Origin: Daphnia carinata
Taxonomy: Eukaryota
Direction of reading: 5' to 3'
DNA length: 64,000 nt
NCBI RefSeq assembly: GCF_022539665.2
Contig: NC_081331.1
Location: 12,338,001-12,402,000, forward strand
A program made the position numbers and the translations under genes. This document shows, in pieces, positions 63,301-64,000 of the stretch. Below the pieces are notes generated by a model, which ran no database searches, was not told the origin of the DNA, and was given only the letters and a program-made list of their open reading frames with translations. Within the stretch, counting starts at the first letter, position 1. Each line of letters opens with the position of its first letter.

Positions 63301-64000
63301 ATATTCAACCTGCTTTTCTGTTTGTTTTGGAGTTTAGTCACTGGCTATATGAATTCGAAATAACAGACGTGTGTTGAAAGCGCTGCATTGTTTGCCATCT
63401 CTTACGGGAATTCTTTTGGTGTCCGACTTCAGTGGCATTTGGCTCCATTTACGTCTGCTATCTCCAGTTCTTTAAGGAAACAAATAACACAACGTTGAAA
63501 GAACTTTTGGCCATCCTTTCATCTCTTTGTTTAAAAAAGAAGGTTGTAACAACACTTTCCCAGTTCGATCAGAATGTCAGTTATCTCTACGCGACCCGTC
63601 AGCAATTCAGTTATTGGTATGGGGCTTTAAAAAAAAGTGAACTAAGCAATACTCTTGAGAGGTTATTACACAGCAAATTTCGTGGATTCGTAGCCCTTAT
63701 TCGCAAGTTTATATAGCTGGCTGCAATATTATAGCTTTGGATTGATCGTAATAAATTTGTTCTGGCCACAACGCGTGAAATTTCTCGGAAATTGCGAAAC
63801 TTTTCAAGCATTAATCGTTTTGTAACGCTTTGAATATCTGGCCAAACTTGTATTATAGCACAGGTTTATATCTGCGTTTAAACAGCATATGTCTCGCTGT
63901 CTACACGAGTCGGGAGTATTCGCCGGCACCGTGTGCGTTCAGCGGATGGTAGAACTTGTAAAGGAAGCACAGAGTTGAAAAGCATCATCTTGTGTATACC

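Larger units (their letters stand above)
50160..64000 (+). repeat. Diverged segmental/tandem duplicate of ~3260-24300
   Basis: Collinear shared words, e.g. cattcgagt 6092/52578, tgtccttca 13934/57585, aagcggatg 14047/57647, taacagccaag 14343/58168, atctagattt 18921/60815, atcgaaattc 19834/61119, ctccgttcat 19926/61179. Confidence 0.75.

Noticed and set aside
51000..64000. ORFs in the right-hand 13 kb
   Set aside because: No protein-like features; region is the non-coding paralog of the receptor's 5' introns

Overview
Eukaryotic (arthropod-type) genomic DNA. The many 60-90 nt introns, TATA+TCAGT initiator promoters and gene content suggest a crustacean such as Daphnia (inference, not proven). 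Supported genes, all on + strand: (1) three paralogous two-exon genes (337-978, 2094-2842, 47948-48514) for secreted polyproteins of alternating acidic spacers and Gly/Tyr/Arg/His-rich peptides ending in W-R-G-R-R|S; (2) a 21-coding-exon adhesion-GPCR-like gene (31698-43732, ~1867 aa; CUB-3xEGF-SEA-like-2xIg-HormR-GAIN/GPS-7TM-long tail) with a non-canonical GPS, apparently preceded by ~28 kb of 5' leader exons/introns starting near 3.7 kb; (3) a divergent Di-Ras-like GTPase (45737-47050) with Arg at the Ras G13 position and no CAAX box. Hidden structure: the non-coding 50.2-64 kb is a diverged, collinear copy of ~3.3-24.3 kb (same leader exons, splice sites and many short conserved intronic words), so the window appears to span an old ~47 kb tandem duplication of a [peptide-precursor gene + receptor gene 5' region] unit. 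Most ORFs in the supplied track between 4.5-31.5 kb and 51-64 kb are spurious intronic ORFs. Exon structures were derived by hand from GT-AG sites and frame continuity.
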